Of a stretch of 64,000 nucleotides of DNA, positions 59,888 through 64,000 are shown in pieces (the stretch's first letter is position 1; every line of letters starts with the position of its first letter). This DNA is from Candidatus Methylomirabilia bacterium (GTDB taxonomy: Bacteria > Methylomirabilota > Methylomirabilia > Rokubacteriales > CSP1-6), in assembly GCA_041499965.1 (NCBI GenBank), contig JBGQLG010000003.1, positions 15,896 to 79,895 on the forward strand, read 5' to 3'. A program made the translations under genes and the position numbers. The notes below the pieces were generated by a model. That model was given only the letters and a program-made list of their open reading frames with translations, searched no databases and was not told the origin of the DNA.

Positions 59888-61000
59888 ATGGAAGAGGTGT
59901 TTCGACTCGGGGACGATCTCGGACCGTCGAAGGTCATCCACGTGCACGAACCCACGCTCGGCCTGAGGGCGGTGCTGGTGATCGATAACACCGCGCCGGG
60001 CCCCTCGATCGGCGGCCTGCGCATGGCGCCGGATGTGAGCACGACGGAGTGCTTTCGGCTGGCGCGGGCGATGACTCTGAAGAATGCCGCCGCGGGTCTC
60101 CCTCACGGCGGCGGCAAGTCGGTGCTCTACGGCGAGCCGCGCATGCCGCGCGACCAGAAGGAGCGCCTCATTCGCGCCTTCGCCCACGCGCTCCGGAACG
60201 AGCAGGACTACATCGTCGGGCCGGACATGGGGACCGACGAATCATGCATGGCGTGGATCAAAGACGAGATCGGTCGTGCCGTCGGATTGCCGGCCGTCCT
60301 CGGGGGACTTCCGCTCGACGAGATCGGTGCCACCGGCTGGGGGATACGTCACGCGGCGGAGGCGGCCGCGCCCTACTGCCGGCTCGACCTCCGGGGCGCG
60401 CGTATGGCGATCCAGGGCTTCGGGGCGGTCGGCAAGCACTGCGCCCGGTTTCTCGCCGAGCGGGGCGCGGTTCTCGTCGCGGCCTCTGACTCGCAGGGAA
60501 CGATCCACAATCCCCAGGGCCTGCCGGTTGCCGACCTGATCGCGCTCAAGGACGCCGGGAAGACGGTGTGCGACCACACCGGTGGCCACACGCGCGATCG
60601 CGAGGCGATCCTCGACGTCGAGTGTGACATCTGGATTCCCGCGGCGCGTCCTGACGTCGTGCGCGAGGACAACGTGCATCGCTTGAAGACGAAGCTCGTC
60701 CTGCAGGGTGCGAACATTCCGTTCACCGTGGGTGCGGAGAGGATGCTGCACGATCGAGGCGTGGTGGTGGTACCCGATTTCATCGCGAACGCCGGCGGGG
60801 TGATCTGCGCCGCGATGGAGTACCGTGGCGCAACGCAGGCGGCGGCCTTCGCGGCGATCGAAGCAACGACTCGGGTGAACACGGCGATGGTACTCGAGGC
60901 CGTGACGGCGAGGCGAATCCTGCCGCGCGAGGCTGCGCTGGAACTGGCGGCGGGACGGGTCCGGCAGGCCATGAGCTACCGTCGCTTCTCGATCTCGTGA
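59888..61000 (+). CDS. Glu/Leu/Phe/Val dehydrogenase
   Basis: GPSIGGLRM, AMTLKNA, GGGKS, GPDMGTD, IQGFGAVG, QGANIP, PDFIANAGGV. Confidence 0.95.
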   Translation: MEEVFRLGDDLGPSKVIHVHEPTLGLRAVLVIDNTAPGPSIGGLRMAPDVSTTECFRLARAMTLKNAAAGLPHGGGKSVLYGEPRMPRDQKERLIRAFAHALRNEQDYIVGPDMGTDESCMAWIKDEIGRAVGLPAVLGGLPLDEIGATGWGIRHAAEAAAPYCRLDLRGARMAIQGFGAVGKHCARFLAERGAVLVAASDSQGTIHNPQGLPVADLIALKDAGKTVCDHTGGHTRDREAILDVECDIWIPAARPDVVREDNVHRLKTKLVLQGANIPFTVGAERMLHDRGVVVVPDFIANAGGVICAAMEYRGATQAAAFAAIEATTRVNTAMVLEAVTARRILPREAALELAAGRVRQAMSYRRFSIS

Positions 61001-61095
61001 GCTGCGTTCCGACGCCCCGTGGGCGAGCGTCACCTCTGACCGGCGGGAGACCGGTGGAATCAGTCAGGCGCAGCTTCGCGACGGGAGGACCGCGT

Positions 61096-61305
61096 ATGAA
61101 CTGTGTCTGTGGTCATCCGGATAAGGACCATGTACGGGGAGGACGGTGCCGCGTCCCCGATTGCCCGTGTGAGCTGTTCCGACCGGGCGATACACTGCGG
61201 GGGACGGCGCCGCCTGAAGCTGGACCGGTCCTCGATCGCCTGGTCGGCCGCGATCCCACGTGGGGTGGCCCGTGCGTCCCACGCTCGATGTCAGTGGCCC
61301 CCTGA
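61096..61305 (+). CDS. Small Cys/His putative zinc-binding protein (69 aa)
   Basis: MNCVCGHPDKDHVRGGRCRVPDCPCELF; GGGAGG RBS. Confidence 0.65.
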   Translation: MNCVCGHPDKDHVRGGRCRVPDCPCELFRPGDTLRGTAPPEAGPVLDRLVGRDPTWGGPCVPRSMSVAP

Positions 61306-61307
61306 CG

Positions 61308-62189
61308 CTACCCGAGATCCGAGGTCGCGGCCTCCTCGGCGGGGCACTCACTCTCGCGACCGCGCACGACGCGTCGTCCCGCCAGCGGCCCCTGGGTCTC
61401 GGTCACGATCGTTCGCTGCCCCTCGATCTGGTGATCGGCGCGGAAGTAGACGACGACCCAGTCTCGCGTGCGGCCGAACTCGTGCGCGCGCGCGGTGTTC
61501 GAGAAGAGGGCCGTGACGTGCCAGGGACCGCGCTCGGTGTGGAGGATCGGTAGCCAGCGCTTCCCGGAGGGATTGAATCGGTGAGGCGCGATCCGCGCCA
61601 GGCGGCCGGTCTTGGCCTTGCCGCGGTACTCCTCGTCGACGTCGAGGAGCACGGCCACCGGGGGCTCCGCGGCCGGCGGGGCGGGTCGACGACGGCCGAG
61701 CATGCCGGCCAGCGTCGAGCGGATCATCGCGATGCGGCGCGCGCCCATGCCGGGCACGGACGCGAGGTGTCCATCATGCGCGGCACTCTCGAGCGCCTCG
61801 AGGCTGTCGACCTGCAGGACGTCGTGGATCCGGCCGGCCAGCACTCGACCGACGCCGGGGATCGAGCGGAGAAGCTGCTCGGGATCGAGCGTGCCCCGGA
61901 GCCGCTCGAGCAGGGCCCATCGGCCGGTGGCGAGGATCTCGTGCACGGCGGCCGCGATGCCCGGGCCGATACCGGGCAGCGCTCGGAGCGCCTCCGGGCC
62001 GCCGCGGGTGACCAGTTCGCCGACGTCATCCGGCAACCCGGCGATCGTGTCGGCGGCTCGGCGAAACGCGCGCACGCGGAAGGGGTTGGCCTTCTGCCGC
62101 TCGAGGAGCTCGGCGGCCTCGCGCAGCCGCGCGCTGATCGCCTCGTTCCGCCCCGAGGGCGGGCCGTTCGGAGCGAGCATCGCCGTCAC
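61308..62189 (-). CDS. PolX N-terminal/helix-hairpin-helix DNA-binding protein with a non-polymerase C-terminal domain
   Basis: ANPFRVRAFRRAA, three HhH (LPGIG, IPGVG, VPGMG), then IAPHRFNP...ALFSNTARAH...RVVRGRE; no DxD palm. Confidence 0.85.
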   Translation of the reverse strand: MTAMLAPNGPPSGRNEAISARLREAAELLERQKANPFRVRAFRRAADTIAGLPDDVGELVTRGGPEALRALPGIGPGIAAAVHEILATGRWALLERLRGTLDPEQLLRSIPGVGRVLAGRIHDVLQVDSLEALESAAHDGHLASVPGMGARRIAMIRSTLAGMLGRRRPAPPAAEPPVAVLLDVDEEYRGKAKTGRLARIAPHRFNPSGKRWLPILHTERGPWHVTALFSNTARAHEFGRTRDWVVVYFRADHQIEGQRTIVTETQGPLAGRRVVRGRESECPAEEAATSDLG

Positions 62190-64000
62190 GGCGACTCCCT
62201 CTTGCCCGGGCCAGGGGCGGCGCGGAGTGCCCGCAGCTGCTCGACGTTGCGCACCAGGGCCTGACGGACCGCTTCGTTGAAGGTGCCGTCGGGATAGCGC
62301 CCGTCGGGCCGGAGGTCTCCGGCCTCGCGTCCGGACAGGACGGCGAGCCCGTCGTCCACGGAACGCGCGGCATAGACGTGAAACCGCTCGTCGCGGACGG
62401 CGGCGGCCACATCCTCGCGGAGCATGAGATGGCGGACGTTGGCTTCGGGGATCAGCACACCCTGGCTGCCGGTGAGGCCGTGCCGCCGGCACGCATCGAA
62501 GAAGCCCTCGATCTTCTCGTTGATCGCGCCGACCGGCTGGATCTCACCCTGCTGGCTCACGGAGCCGGTGACGGCGATCCGCTGGGCCAGCGGGATGCCG
62601 GCCAGGGCGGACAGCAGCGCGTACAGCTCGGCCGAGGAGGCGCTGTCCCCGTCGACTTCCTCGTACTGCTGCTCGAAGGCGATCGACGCGGACAGCGCGA
62701 GCGGGTGCACGCGGGCGTACCGTCCGGCCAGGAATCCAGTCAGGATCATGACTCCCTTGGAGTGCACGCGCCCGCCGAGCTTCGCCTCCCGCTCGATGTC
62801 CACGACGCCGGGCTCTCCGCAGAAGGCCCGGGCGGTGATCCGGCACGGCCGGCCGAAGGCGTGATCGCCCGTGGAGAGGACCGAGATCCCGTTGACCTGT
62901 CCGAGCGCCTCGCCGTCCATGGCGAGCAACAGCGTGCCGTCGGAGATCGCTCGGCCGACCCGTTCCTCGACGAGGTTGACGCGCTCGATTCGCTGGGCGA
63001 TGGCCCGCGTCACGTCCGGGCCGGTCACGAGGGCGTGCTGATCACGCTCGGCGCAGTACGCGGACTCCCGGATGAGGTCCAGGAGCAGCCCGAGTCGCGC
63101 ACTGAGTCGCTCCTGGTGTTCCACGAGACGCGAGCCGTGCTCCACGAGCCGCGCGATGCCGTCGGCCGCGAAGGGACGCAGCCCTTCCTCGCGGCAGGCA
63201 TCCGCCACGAAGCGCGCATAGAGCAGCACGTTGTCGGGCGTGCGGGGGAACGAATCGTCGAAGTCGACCTTCACCTTGAACAGCTCACCGAAGTCCTCGT
63301 CGAGCGCGTAGAGCAGGTAGTAGAGCATCGGGCTGCCGATCAGGACCACCTTCACGGAGAGTGGAATCGGCTCCGGGGCGAGGCTCACGGTACTGACCAT
63401 CTGCAGCTCGGCTAGCGGAGTCTCGATGCGGAGTGCGCGGCTCTTCAGCGCTTTCTTCAGCGAATCCCAGGCCATGAAGTTCGCCAGCACGTCCTTCGCC
63501 TCGAGGAGCAGAGAGCCGCCGTTGGCGCGGTGCAACGCGCCCGCCTTGATCAGCGTGAGGTCCGTCACCAGGGTCCCGAAGTGGGCCCGGTGCTCGATCC
63601 GGCCCAGGAGGTTACCGTGGGTGGGATTCCGCTCGAAGACCACGGGGGCGCCGCGCGCGTCGGCACGGTCGACCAGGACGTTCACGCGATACCGGTCGAG
63701 AAACGCGCCCGGCGGCGGCAGGAACGGCAGCTCTGGCGGCGCGCCCCCTTCGCTGCGCAGCTCCTCGGCGTGCGCGATGAGATCTTCCTCGACCTTGCCG
63801 AGGTAGGCCTGCACGGCAGCCAGACCGTCGAAGGTCTCCTTCACCTCACGCAGGAGCTGCCTCGTTCCCGCCGCCACCGTGTCCCGGACGAGGTGGGTGT
63901 GCGCCTGCTGCGTCTCGCGCTCGTTCTGACGAAGTTGGCGCAGCGTCGCCTCGACGCGGCTCTCGAGCGCTGCGGCCTGCTCGTGCAGGTGCTGCCGCCT
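62186..64000 (-). CDS. Lon-like (LonB/LonC-type) ATP-dependent protease, 5' end outside the window
   Basis: NPTHGNLLGRIE, GALHRANGG, GQVNGISV, FEQQYEEVDGDSASSAEL, AVTGSV, NEKIEGFF. Confidence 0.92.
   Translation of the reverse strand, partial: RRQHLHEQAAALESRVEATLRQLRQNERETQQAHTHLVRDTVAAGTRQLLREVKETFDGLAAVQAYLGKVEEDLIAHAEELRSEGGAPPELPFLPPPGAFLDRYRVNVLVDRADARGAPVVFERNPTHGNLLGRIEHRAHFGTLVTDLTLIKAGALHRANGGSLLLEAKDVLANFMAWDSLKKALKSRALRIETPLAELQMVSTVSLAPEPIPLSVKVVLIGSPMLYYLLYALDEDFGELFKVKVDFDDSFPRTPDNVLLYARFVADACREEGLRPFAADGIARLVEHGSRLVEHQERLSARLGLLLDLIRESAYCAERDQHALVTGPDVTRAIAQRIERVNLVEERVGRAISDGTLLLAMDGEALGQVNGISVLSTGDHAFGRPCRITARAFCGEPGVVDIEREAKLGGRVHSKGVMILTGFLAGRYARVHPLALSASIAFEQQYEEVDGDSASSAELYALLSALAGIPLAQRIAVTGSVSQQGEIQPVGAINEKIEGFFDACRRHGLTGSQGVLIPEANVRHLMLREDVAAAVRDERFHVYAARSVDDGLAVLSGREAGDLRPDGRYPDGTFNEAVRQALVRNVEQLRALRAAPGPGKRESP

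Overview
Very GC-rich (about 70% by eye) bacterial DNA, gene-dense. I saw no rRNA, tRNA, CRISPR array or transposase. The whole window reads as one stress/dormancy island: orphan groEL, Hsp20, five CBS-pair proteins, four universal stress proteins (USP), BON proteins, PfkB, PEP synthase, HtrA, archease-RtcB, an archaeal-type SAM synthetase, a kinase::PIMT fusion, an eRF1-like factor, a CarS-like enzyme, class II ribonucleotide reductase, PolX-LigA, Pal, FtsH, MacAB-like efflux, a 2818-aa cyclic beta-1,2-glucan synthase, an HPF/RaiA-like protein and a Lon-like protease. The strongest signal is non-coding. Twenty-one sigma54-type -24/-12 promoters (YGGCA-N6-(T/A/C/G)TGC) head almost every transcription unit. 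Nearly all have an upstream tandem palindrome (consensus TGRGGC-N6-GCCYCA, 1-3 nt apart), many have a phased AAW-N8-TT box, and eight place the start codon only 14-16 nt after the -12 C (near-leaderless mRNA). The gene content parallels the mycobacterial DosR dormancy regulon but appears wired to sigma54 and an enhancer-binding protein not encoded in this window. There is also a partial segmental duplication, several collapsed gene remnants, a MITE-like 99-bp element and several small Cys-rich ORFs. All calls come from reading motifs by eye; no searches were run.
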